Position numbers and translations under genes: made by a program
In this document: positions 12,625-25,000 of the stretch, in pieces
Numbering within the stretch: the stretch's first letter is position 1
Layout of the letters: every line of letters begins with the position of its first letter
The notes under the pieces: generated by a model
Told to the model about the DNA's origin: nothing
Seen by the model: the letters and a program-made list of their open reading frames with translations, nothing else
Database searches by the model: none
Source: Tubulanus polymorphus
Taxonomy: Eukaryota > Animalia > Nemertea
Direction: 5' to 3'
Assembly (NCBI RefSeq): GCF_964204645.1
Contig: NC_134026.1
Span: forward strand, 16,650,150 to 16,714,149
DNA length: 64,000 bases

Positions 12625-13765
12625 TCATTTAGAAAAATATTTACCATCAGCCTTAGATGAACTAGCCTGCTTAATTTCTGCTGCCTGTAGGCCTACTCCT
12701 GAAAAACACGTATGTACAATATCAAGATACCAAGTCGGGTTGCAGATGGAATACAGTATACCGGTATGTAACGTTTCCAATACTTACCTCCTTCAATCAA
12801 TACTTACCTCCTTCAATCATGAAATGCGGGCCATCTCACATAGCTGTTTCAATCAGCGTTACATTTTGCAATGGTTGATCTGCTTGGCCATCTCCTTTAA
12901 CGGTAAGAATATACTATTTATTCATGAAAGATTGAATGATTTAATACGAGAATACCAATAGAGCTGAAAATAACTCGAAATACAATTTGTTTTATGTAGC
13001 CAACTAGTACTACTTATTGCCTATTCTTCAAACAAACAAAAAATACACTGGAATCATTTAAGCACCGTAAAAGAACTATATGTAAGCTTTACCTAGATTA
13101 TTTGCCGTAATTGTGGTCATAGGTCTTGCCGGGAGCTTCAATATTTCGGATTTGCCCCGCTCCATCGTCTAAAATCAGAAACGATATGAATTTACGGGAA
13201 TCTAACTATGCGTCAATTTAGCCATGCTAGCGTAGAATGGGAATATACTTCATGGGAAAGAGCAGTCGCCCGACACTACGGTTAACGACGATGAGTTTAT
13301 TAAATCATGTTTAATACGCTATTGCTATGGATTTAGCCGGGGATACAGTTCAGTCATGAAAAGATAGAAAAAATAAACTTACTTTGTAGAATGGATTGTT
13401 GGATTGTCACACCACAATTCGATCACCTTCTGAGTTGTCTGGTCCAACTCAGAGGGTGGAGGTCCTCCTCCGGTTTTGGAAATCAACTTGTTTTGTTTAA
13501 CGAATTTCTTTTTCGCCTCCCCTTTGATATTCTTCCAATTTTTCTTGATTTAATCGACCGTTCTTCGCGCTACGCCGATCGCATTCACTTTCGAGCAGAT
13601 TTCTTCCCAAATTTCGCGTTTTCGTATAGCGGTTATAGTATTGCTAAATGCACCCGATAAAATTGCGTTATTGTCGTTAACTAATTTAACTAAAAGATTC
13701 GTTTCATCCGTCGCATAATTGAAAGATCTCTTCCGCGCGAAACTGTCTTTTAAAATCTCCGCCAT
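12625..13765 (-). pseudogene. Harbinger Myb/SANT-like DNA-binding protein, multi-exon, premature stops
   Basis: RKRSFNYATDETNLLV...KREIWEEICSKVNAIGVARRTVD*IKKNWKNIK. GT-AG flanked segments at about 13383-13765, 13093-13168, 12808-12896 and 12625-12685. Confidence 0.75.
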
Positions 13766-13945
13766 TTTGGATTCAGTCTTAAGTCCTTAAAAGGGGCTTA
13801 AGACTGTCTTAACTAAGACCAACACTAAGACCACGTTTTGGAATGCAGAATTAAGAACAACTTAGCAAAGTCGGTCTTAGAGGATTTAAGACAAAAAAAA
13901 TCACTAGACTAGACTCATTTTAAGTCTCGACTATGGAACCGGCAC

Positions 13946-14222
13946 CCGCTTCTGAAGAATATTGCTGTTATCAAGTTATGCCAGGGGTCAATTGATCTCT
14001 TGTATAAAATGAACCACAATGATATGCAGTGGGGAACTTTTTCATATCTAAAAAAAACAGTAAATTGATTGGAAAATTTATCGATTCCCACACTAACTAC
14101 GACCCCAACCACGTGGCTTATTGACAAGCAAAAAAGCGGATATCATTCGAAAGTTGTGTCCATTGATGCCCGAAGATAGGCGATCATTCTGGGAGAACAT
14201 CCAAAAGTGTGTAGACTTAATT
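13946..14222 (+). pseudogene. Sola1-type transposase, 3' continuation
   Basis: PLLKNIAVIKLCQGSIDLLYK...KKADIIRKLCPLMPEDRRSFWENI continues the protein broken at 11429. Confidence 0.65.
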
Positions 14223-14917
14223 GAAAAATTGAAAAGTGTGGTTTCATGGATCCTATATGGATTTAGTGTTTACATATAGATATATTAATGCACTTTATCG
14301 TTGTTACTGATCCAAAATTCATTCTTTGAAATTATATCAAAATTATTTGTTGTGTTGTGTGATTAAGTTTTTTAGATCACAACTTAGTTCAAAAATTAAG
14401 AAGAGTATTTAATTGTGAGATTTTTGTTAATGAGCAAGAAGAATGCATGATTATCTGACTGCAATAAGCTTAAATAGTGAGATTACCATGATTACCATGA
14501 TTATATTATTCTTCGCTTAAGTTCAGGTCTTAAAGATCTTTCATCCAGAAAGATCATTTGTCATCAATATTGATATTTGTGTATAATTAGATGTTGATGA
14601 ATTGATCTGAAATTTAATTTCATCTAATAAATACAGTTGTTCAATTGGAATATCAATCTTTTCCTCTTGCTGAACTGAATATTCTGTCATTGATTCCAAT
14701 GAATTTATACTGTCAATTATATTGCAGATCTTCAGAGTTACTGCACTTTAACGTGTTAATCATCGTAGTTACTGCGATTTATAATAATGCTAAAAAAGTT
14801 ACTGCCTTTCAAATTGACAACCATCAAGGATTAGTTCCAGCTTTTCAGGTTGAACAGCAGTAACTATAAAATTCTCAATTATCTCGGTTGAATTTGGATC
14901 ATTTTTTTCAAAATTTG

Positions 14918-14921
<4 letters not shown>

Positions 14922-15007
<86 letters not shown>

Positions 15008-15016
15008 TATATATAA

Positions 15017-15050
<34 letters not shown>
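14922..15050. repeat. (TA)n microsatellite
   Basis: Seen directly. Confidence 0.97.
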
Positions 15051-15055
<5 letters not shown>

Positions 15056-15062
15056 CAAATGG

Positions 15063-16055
15063 TTAATAATGTGTTAGTCTAAAACTATGTTGTTTATAAT
15101 CTTCAACTGGGTGTAAGCAACTAATTATTGTCCATAGAAAACATTTATCATCAGAATTTTGTACATTTATAACAGCATTAGTTTTAAATGGTAATTTGAT
15201 ATAACTTGACCCATTCATATTATCATCTTTATGATATGATAAATTATTTTCATCAATTGGTTTTGATTTAGTTAATTTATTATATTTTGTATTGTACACA
15301 TGTAAAGGCATAAATATTATTTCATCAAATATTAAACCAGATCCTTCAAAATATTTCTCTTCTATCATATTTTTTATTTCATTATAACATTTATTTAATT
15401 TATCATCTATATGCTGTTTAGATATAATATGTAGTTAATGGGAATCTATATTATATATTGGTTTATTTTCAGATTTTATAAATTTAACTTTGACTGATAT
15501 GCTAATTTTAGGGTATTCAACATCAGTAATTATTTTCATAATATTTTTCATATTTTCTAAATGTTTTTTTATTTTCTCCTAATGTTTTACCTTTATAAAA
15601 TTTAAATTCAATTGCGGCTGGTCCTATATCACTTTTAAATGCTTCGGTTATCTCTAGTTCTTTTTTATTATCTAATGAATTAATATAATTTCTAACATCT
15701 TCCATATATGGTCTTTTATTTTATTTTTTATTCTTTAATTGTCTTCTGTTTCTTAATTATCTTTATCAAAATTATCTTCACCTATAATATCATTATTGAT
15801 ATTTCTAATATGATTTTTAGATGTTAAATGTTCTTTATAATATCTTTTGTCACTGAATGATTGATTACATGTATCACATTTTTATATTTCTTTTTCATTC
15901 TATAATTCATCTAATTTAGTTTCTAATGTATCATCTTTATATTTTTACTTTTATTTATTTTCTAAATGTGTTCTAGTTTTATTATATCTTGCTTTATGAG
16001 ATTTATCTATATCAATTTTACATGTTGAACAGGAGTACTTCTTATTTGCTTCCAT
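15063..16055 (-). pseudogene. polB: Polinton protein-primed PolB, N-terminal part (zinc fingers to OTU-like domain)
   Basis: Collinear with 60153-61140: MEDVRNYINSLDNKKE, GSSYIKLP, NVQNSDDKCFLW. Multiple frameshifts. Confidence 0.85.
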
Positions 16056-16259
16056 TTATCATATAATTTTTTATTAAAATTGATTTTCAGAAGTTATTCA
16101 TATATGAAATATTCATTTATATATGTTTTTCATTTAAATGTTATTCATATATATGGAATTATTAAAGTAATTGTATATATGGGCTTTCAAGTCAAAGGTT
16201 GAGAGGTCGGGTGAGTAAATAAATGAAAATAAATTCGAGCGTGCGAGAATTTATTTTCA
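16056..16259 (-). repeat. Polinton PolB-proximal end with a 13-bp palindrome
   Basis: TGAAAATAAATTC-gagcgtgcga-GAATTTATTTTCA at 16224-16259. Upstream sequence is homologous to 45565-45660 and 60006-60150. Confidence 0.75.
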
Positions 16260-17298
16260 CTTTTTTACAATTACTGTGGTCCATGAGGAGAGAGGATATT
16301 GCGAATTTCCAGTGTGATCTGAATAACTTGTCTTGACCAGGTCTCTTAATTTGACTGTCCCAACTTGCTGTCTGTATCAGGAAACCAGTAGGCTGAGGTG
16401 GATCCAAATATCTGATCTCTTAAAAGCCCTGAGTTCGATAATTGCAAAATTTATTCAGATACTAAATATAGTCATTTTACAACAACACTGTATTAAAACA
16501 TCAATTCACTAAATACATCTCATGAACGGTAGATATAGATAGGATGTCGCCTCGGTTCCTTCGGAATGTGCTGTATTCAGTGACTGTCGCGGCTGAGTTG
16601 ACCGCGCATTAGATTTCGCTCCTTGTTAGTTTGTATTCCAAGTACCAGGTAAATTATCAGTGGATTTATCTGATACTTTACAGCAATTAATGTCTTTCCG
16701 TCCATTGTAAAGAGCAATTTTGATATCGCTCGAAGCTAAGCAGATTCGAAGAGACGCCATCTTAACTAGGAAGTAACTTGCTACTTTACATGTTGGACCT
16801 TATTTGACATGCATCGAGATTGTAAAATGGAGGATGGGCACAACCAGTCTCTAATTGAAGATAGAGACCGGTAACCAGTCTAGGATCGAGATGTCATCAA
16901 CTCACAAAAAATGTAACACGTTCCAATTTTCAGTCAGTACTATTTTTCAGTATCCACTAGTTCTACGAAATTCCACAAATCTATTTAATGATGTTAAATG
17001 GATTCTATCATTAAATCTTATTCGTCCGACACTAGTGTACCAACCGACGGTAAGATGCGTATACATGGGAATTAGACACACATCAAGTATTCTTACATAC
17101 CGTGCATAAGCTACATTCATTCATCACTTTAATACACTAAAACACGCTGTATGACGAGAGTAGTTCCTCATCACTAATTGGTCGATAGGGTTTCAGCTCA
17201 AGGGTTATTTCAAATGATTGCACATAATTCATGTGCCGACTGAAAAACACCACAGTTTGTGGTTTATAGCGAAAAACAGCTGGTGGATCATAATTCAA

Positions 17299-17377
17299 AT
17301 GCATTCGTCCACAAAATCCGTTCGTCTGCTGTTATTAGTTTTCGGTAGCTTCCTAGTTTTATATATGACTGTTTCCG
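17299..17377 (+). CDS. Candidate first coding exon of a host gene: signal peptide or type II anchor
   Basis: CAAATG start, MHSSTKSVRLLLLVFGSFLVLYMTVS, phase-1 donor G|GTAAGG. Phase matches the Thr-rich exons at 29320 and 30452. Confidence 0.5.
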
Positions 17378-17705
17378 GTAAGGCTGTTTTCTTGTTATCC
17401 TTTAATATGAATTTATTATTTTAGTATATGTAGAACACGTATGATTATATCTGAGCCAACTTTCATGTGTCATATAAGGTGAATTATGGGGGAAACACGA
17501 GAGATCTGTTGTTTGGGAGTTCGAGCAAAGCGCCGCAGCCAAGGCGGCTTGAATTTTAGGCAGATTATGGCTTTTGGCTGGCATTAGTTTCCTCTATGGT
17601 TTATCAGTTTTGTCATATTCTTACGGTCTATCAGTATTCAATCTACGTCGATTGAATCTTAAACGTTTTAGAGTAGCGCTTGCCACTCTCGATGGGCAAG
17701 CAATC

Positions 17706-17785
17706 AAACTAACTAACTAACTAACTAACTAGCTAGCTAGCTAGCTAGCCAGCCAGCCAGTCAGTCAGCCAGTCAGTTCGTTAGT

Positions 17786-17883
<98 letters not shown>
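17706..17883. repeat. Compound tetranucleotide microsatellite (AACT/AGCT/AGCC/AGTC/AGTT)n
   Basis: Seen directly. Confidence 0.95.
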
Positions 17884-17884
<1 letters not shown>

Positions 17885-18788
17885 CATTCATCAACAAGTC
17901 TTTTCTTTGTAATTTTAAAACATTGTCATTGATCGAGTATGAAAACGCTACACGTCCGGGTTCATGATAAGCAGGTTTTCCATCCTATAAGTAGTAGACC
18001 GTCGAACACGTGTATCAGTGTGTTAATAGTAGTGTGTACACTTCTATCTACGTACGCGGACACAAGCCTACACCTACGGTGATTCAGTTCTCAGCGGTGT
18101 TTAGTCAGCGATTCCACCAGCATTTGTTTACAAATACAGCGGAGCACGTGCACTGCGAAAAAAATGGTGGAAACTCTCTTGTGAAAAAACACACGCGGTT
18201 TCCCAAATATCCGTCATTTTAAGAAGATCGTGTAAATTGCTAGTCAAAACGTCGAAGCAGCTAAAATGATAACGTTGAAAGAATTATTTCTGGGTTACAG
18301 GATGACATAATTCATACGTACATGGTGACATTTAGGCGCACCACTTCGCGGCGCGAAAATATTTTTGCGGCGTGGAATTGTCTTTTTCACTGCGTAAAAC
18401 AAAACATCGTCTATTTTGGCGGGGATCGTCGCCCTTAGCCGGAATTAGTAAGCCGCGACTCAAGATTTTTTTCTGACGGGACTGGCATAATCCCATTTTT
18501 GAGAGGATTTGAGCGCTGATTTCACGATTGGCGACATTTGTTCGTTGAAAATATGTTGACTTGATTCGAAGCCAAATTGTGTGGGTAAAAACGCCAAATT
18601 TACTTTAATAACCGTTTTCACTGCAATACGTCAGAAATTGTGTGAAACTTCTTGAAGTAACCAATTCATTCTTCGCTAACTCTTACACGCCTTCCTGGTA
18701 GTGAACCTTACAAAAAGTCCACATTTGTGAAATTCGATTCCATTCGGTGTTTTTGCCTGTAAAGCTACAGGTTTTCAATGAAATATAC

Positions 18789-18909
<121 letters not shown>

Positions 18910-19376
18910 CGATCGAATTTTTTTAGTCCTCTCTTGAGAAATGATTTATTAGGATTAATACCCGGTAAACCCTCTTAGCGTTGGCTGAAAAATATGTCCC
19001 AACCACAGGTTGCTGGGGCCTACGAGCAATTATCTCAATAATTGCTCGTAGCTGGGGCTTACCATAAACGACGTAATATTACCATTACGTGCTTAATGAA
19101 ACAAGAAATTAACATTGTGCGCTTAATCAAACAAAAATACTCACCCAGACAAATGAAATTGACACCGGGGCAAATGGAACATGTAACCATGGATCCGTGG
19201 GAACGGATGTTATGCCCCGCGGTCTTTGACAACGTGATAATATCTGGTTTATCAAGCACGGGTAAATCTTTTCAACACGAGACCCGTGCATGTATTTCAA
19301 TACCGGGTTCAGTATCTTGATGCTTTTGTTGAAATTCATCAGAAACGCGAGAAGACTTTCTTGATGTCTGTAGAAT

Positions 19377-19415
19377 TGTAACCGGCTGGTTGTTGTATCG
19401 GCAGGCTGGCTGCCG

Positions 19416-19471
<56 letters not shown>

Positions 19472-21279
19472 CATTAATATGTAGTAGAGCTATGAAATAT
19501 TATGAACTGTTCGATATGACATTGTACATCTATATGATTATGAAATATGCAAATTATATCAGGGTGACAGATGCCCCCTTGTCCAATTAAATTTGGTCCT
19601 CCAAATTTGCGGAAAACGCAGATACTATAAGTTCATCAAAACTCCTTTCATCGCGAAAACATGATGTCAAATGTGAAAACATGAAAGATTGACTTTCACC
19701 GCGCGAAAATGTGCAAACGCTGGACAGTAGCGGCCGGATTCTCAGTCATTCACGAAAGAGTCACATGTTGTAGTTATTTACGGACGATGCGATAATACGT
19801 TAACTGTGATTTTGAATGATCTGCAGAGGATCCCCGAATTCTGGTTGGTTCTGCGACGAACAGAAGTAGCGACGTGTTGTGTAGTTATAGCGTCCCGAAG
19901 ATCAGTTGGTGATGCAAGTTGCAAGTAGTACGCATTTCTCTGTTTTGAAGATCTTTCGATTATTGACTGGAAATAACTTCGTGACACAATGATAGTAACA
20001 CACAACATTTGACATCAGAGCAGAGTTCAGGCAATGACACAACACAAATACAGTTACCCTTGTCAACCAAAAGGAAAAAATTATCATCATCCAAAATAAG
20101 TGGCCAGGTGTAACTGAGATTATATATTTGTCCACATAAAAATTCAACCAATTCATCTTCATGTTTTAGTTATACTAACAAACAAAAAATATGAACCTAT
20201 GAAAATGAAAATTGCCGATTAAACCTTTAGTATAGTCGAAATAGTTTGTTGCGAAAACGTATAGATACGCACTGTACTGTAAGTAGATGAATTTGACTAA
20301 TTAACCTTAGACATATCCCCTGAGAAGTTTTCCGTATTCTAATACTTATAGTACGAAATGAAACTAAAATTGATTTATGCTGATTGGAACTAGATGCCTA
20401 GAAAAAAAGAATTGTGAATCATACTATTTAAACCAGCGATAACTTTTTTGATCGTACGGTAGTATCTTATATCCAAATTCCTATAATTTTCTATCATGTT
20501 CATCTGACCACTAATTCGAGACAAAGAAGCAACTGTATTACCTTCGGCTGACAAAAAGTTACCGCATTGCATTGTACCCACTGAAACAGCAGCAATGTTC
20601 ACGATCAGTACGGCCATCTCGTCACAGGTGTAGTTGAATACGATCTTCTCGTGAGGTCAACGTTCCAGTCACAACCAATAGTTTAAATCAGCTTCATCTG
20701 TACTTGTGTTAGTCACGAGGACTTAAATTTGGGTTCTCCACCATCTGTAACCGTCGATCTGTGAAGGTAAACCCGGTTCTCCGCCATCTGTAACCGGCTG
20801 GTTGTTGTATCGGCAGGCTGGCTGGGGAACTAGCATTTACACCAGCGGTACAGGATTCCATCCATCAGGAACAACAAGGCAGTTAAACCTTATATGTACA
20901 ATCTTTATTGCATCCCGGAATGAGAATGATTATCATAGCTTTACATAGTCTTTATATACAGAATCATGAGTATAATGTGAGACTAGGTGTCAGACAAGTT
21001 GTAGACATCAGGACTCACAAACAAACACCTAGTGACATGTTTGAGAGACATTAATTAATTATCGATGAGCACTGACTATAGCTAATTATCGTGAAAACAT
21101 ATTGAGTAATGTCACATGTTGATTACGACCTTAAAGCACATATTGACACTATAGTCATAAGTTATATTATATTATTATTATTATTAATATGTAGTAGAAC
21201 TATGAAATGTTATGAACTGTTCGATATGACATTGTAGATCTATATGATTACGAAATATGCAAATTATATCAGGGTGACA
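19377..21279 (-). mobile_element. Internally deleted Gypsy-like LTR retrotransposon with both LTRs
   Basis: 5' LTR 20789-21279 and deleted 3' LTR 19377-19569, both TGTCAC...GTTACA on the - strand. TSD GAAT at 19373-19376 and 21280-21283. PBS TGGCGGAGAACC next to the 5' LTR and purine tract AAGGGGG next to the 3' LTR. TATA and AATAAA on - inside the LTR. Confidence 0.85.
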
Positions 21280-21764
21280 GAATAACAACATACGCTTGGA
21301 CGCGCATTTAAAAAGATGATGACAATAGATGAGGTCAAAAGTTGCAATTATCTCGGTTTTAACATCTACTATGACGGCAAATTTCATCTGCTACATGACT
21401 CATTGTAAATGGATTTATGTATTTTACAAAAACTACAGCTTTTTAATAGTATATTTCGTAGTGAAATATGGAGAGTTGGACACGATCTGAAAGTGCTATT
21501 GTAGGCACGATGAAAAAACCAACAACAGCAAAATGTGGCACGTTTTAAATAACGTTCGTTTTGAAATACTTTCATTTATGTTTTATTTTCTAATACATTT
21601 TAAATACTGTTTTCGCTCCATATAGCCTACCATGGAATTGGTTGGAGTAAAATCAATTTTCTAATTCTTATTCTTATTCGTTTGAAATGAACTGAGGACT
21701 GATGTTGACGAAATCTTTGTGAACTTCCTCGTGCGACATACAGACCAGAAACACAAATAACCTG

Positions 21765-21953
21765 GGGCGGGCGCAGGAAAACTCTGTTAGTGTTAACCGT
21801 GGTTAGTACACTGTGGTTAGGCATAAACGGGCGCAGGAAAACGCTGTTAGCTAACCACTATATTTGTGCGGTCTCTTATTTAAATCTGGTTAGCCTAACC
21901 ACGGATAAGCCACTAACCATGGTTAGGCTAACAGGGTTTTCCTGCGCCCGCCC
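21765..21953. mobile_element. Harbinger-type MITE
   Basis: TIR GGGCGGGCGCAGGAAAAC with TSD CTG (21762-21764, 21954-21956). Absent from the paralogous intron sequence near 29145. Confidence 0.85.
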
Positions 21954-22061
21954 CTGTTATCCTGCTTTGCAGCTATATTCATCATGATCATCACTATCGG
22001 CTCTGTCGCTGCCGCCGCCGCCACCAGCCCCAGCACCACCACCACCGCTAATAACATAGAC

Positions 22062-25000
22062 AACGCAGTCTTAAATGTTTTGTGACTTTCTCAAAATGTA
22101 TCAAAAATTTAAGTAATTTTTAGTTCATAAGTCTTCAAATATTCATAAATGAACAGTTAAAAATTGTTGAAACATGTCGACTCAGCCGTAAAATCAACCC
22201 ATTCACAGTCCCGAATGTGGGATAATGTCGGGCTTTAGAGAACATAATGCCCCCGAGGTCTTCACATTTACAAAAAAGATTATGTAAGCGTGTCGCGCGT
22301 TACACCGGATAGGCACACAATAGAAATATGAGCCGCACGTTCATTTGATCATCACCAATTAAGAGGACCGCTATTGTGAAAATTGACTGCGGGAGGAATA
22401 TTCCTCCCAAAGTCAATCGATGGAAACTTGACCAAGGGGTCTGATATTCAAACAATTGACTTTGGGAGGAATATTCCTCCCAAGGTCAAACGAAGAGAAT
22501 TTGACCTTCAGTTCTGATATTCAAAGTATCGACTTCGGGAGGAATATTCCTCCGACTGTCAAACGAAGGAAAATGGACCTAGGTCTGATATTCGAAATAT
22601 TGACTTTGGGATGAATATTCGTCCAAACCTCTAACGCTAAAAACCTGAGCTTTTAGAATGATAGGTCTACATAAATGATATTGATGTAATTGTTTTTAAT
22701 AAATAGTATACTATAGCGACGAAACCAGACATATTTAGGCAATTTGATTGTTAATATACACTGTATTTGAGGGTCTGCGACAAATAATTTTAGAAAGTTA
22801 AATAGCTGTAGTACAGGTTCTAATAATGAGCCTAATATAGTCTTCACATTGCAATCAGTTGTTAGAATGCATCTTCCTTTTTCTTGTTTTGATCTGAGAC
22901 GACTAGTTAAATTTTTTTCTTGATTGATTCACGCTGGGAGGTCTACATCAAATTATATTGTTGATCAAATCAATTATGTTTCAACTGCGAATTCACATTT
23001 GATATTGATATTAATAATCAATATTACTCATCATTATATAGCGCACTGCTGCAAATTGTAACCAGTGTGCTTTTCACGGGTATAAAATTAACACAAGTTG
23101 AAGAAATCGAATTTGAAATACGAGGATAATAAAAAATAAGTTGAAGGTAGGGCGGAGAGATCTGACGAAAAGAAACAACAAACGATATGGGCGCCAAATT
23201 GACCCATGCCTAATTGCCCGACCAAATAGTCCGACCTGACCTGAGTCAAATTAAGCCGAGTCAAATTAGAGCGTGTTCATTTAAACTGGTTCTGGAAGTC
23301 AGTCACTTCGCTTTGCTTAAGTATGGACTCGTTTTAGAGTCACTTCAGCATTGTTTAGTATCGAATGAATGGTTTTGCATTTGAATGTGAAATAAATTTG
23401 AACATGAAAATCAGCGCGCTCTTTGGTAAGCCATGAAAACAATTAAAGTCGGACCCTGATTCGAGCCAATTTTTTTGCAAATTAGCCATTGTCCTAGTTT
23501 TAACTTCTCATTTGTACCCTGTATAGGCCGGTTAATATTTCTGTTTGTACTCTTTCATACAAATTCGACAGATATCAAATGGCATCTTTGATTACAGACA
23601 CTGTTGACCGGTACACACCAATATGTCCATCCATCCGACATACGAGCAATCATCTCATTAATGAGATAATTGCTCGTAGATCCGACAGCTACGTTTTACA
23701 ACTAGAAGTGAATAAAATCAGATTCCTAATGATATTACATGTATTACTATTAAGAATAAGCTATTAATATATGAATAAATTCAAAAAGAATTTAGAAAAT
23801 ATCTTGCTTTGAATGGCTTTTAATTAAATATTGGAAAGGGCGATTTTGAAGGGGGAATTTTATCTGCGGAGTCACTGCTAATCGAGTTATCAAGAAGCAC
23901 AAACTCCCTAAGGTGATAAAGTGTTTTAAGCAGATTTTTTTCCGATTGTGATCCCAATATATGAATTGCACATGGAACTATTATGTATAAACACCTCTCA
24001 CAATTTACGTAACGACTGAGTGGCGTCCTTTTGCACAAGCTATATTACACCATGATGAAAAGCCTTTTATAGTTTAGAGTTGGATTTCTCGATGTATAAA
24101 TGCAAGGAGGGTCAGAAGCTTTATGCTCAATAACATTAGGTTCCTATAAATGTTTGCTATGGATTTCAAAATAAAAGAAAAATCTACGTTTAAATGAGAT
24201 ATCTGTTTCATTACTCGTGATATATCGAGGAATCTCTGCAATAAAATCTGACGATTTCAAAATTATTACAAAATGAGCAAACTTTGTGATATCTGCTAAC
24301 AGTATAAATTCAAGCGTACATGCGGATTTGCGTGATATGAAATAAATATCGTAGCGAATAATCAAAGTGAGAAAAGTATCTACCGTAGCTAGAGATGATA
24401 ATGAGTCCCATATCCAGAATATCTGAACCAAAATATCTCCCTAAAAAACCTTCAACCATTCAAAAAAACATAGGAATATGGTTGTAGGTAAAAATCTCCC
24501 TGGTAAAAATCCCCTAGGTAAATATCCCCTGTGTAAAAACCCAAAATATTCAAAGCAGGTAAAACTCCCCACTCGGTGATTTTCAAAGACATTTCAAAGC
24601 AAAATGTTTCTCCAATTTTATTAATTTGCTATGAGGCTGAAATATGTTAGAACTGTGCATTGAAATCTTTCGTTGCGATAAATCCTTAAGTAAAACTCTT
24701 AGCATAAAATAAATTGTTAGAATTGATAAGAATAATACATTTTTATTTGTAATATCTAAAGATTCGAACAGGAGTATTTTTGAACTGCGGACTCTTGTTA
24801 ACTGTGGTATATTTCAGCTGTGCGATGCCAAAAATTATTAGAAATAATGTTCTTTTGATTTGAAATATTTTAGATTCAAGCTAGTGTAATATATTTGAAA
24901 TGTGCGATGAACCCTTTCATTAAGCAGTGCGATCACTTTATTTACCAATTTAGTAGTAATGAACAATGTTAATTTTGTAGTATGTTTTAATTCAAATAGT

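Larger units (their letters stand above)
11430..13945. mobile_element. PIF/Harbinger transposon with convergent transposase and Myb/SANT genes
   Basis: TIR GGCCCGCTTCCATAGTCGAGACTTAA vs TTAAGTCTCGACTATGGAACCGGCAC. Probable TSD CTG/CCG (one mismatch). CTTAAG-rich subterminal repeats at both ends. Confidence 0.9.

Noticed and set aside
20731-20786. tRNA gene
   Set aside because: Only the ~13-nt complement of a tRNA 3' end (primer-binding site). No cloverleaf.
22391-22625. CRISPR-like array of 18-bp palindromes at regular spacing (also at 28.1 and 32.6 kb)
   Set aside because: The spacers are homologous to each other, the array lies inside transposon TIRs, there are no cas genes, and the context is eukaryotic.
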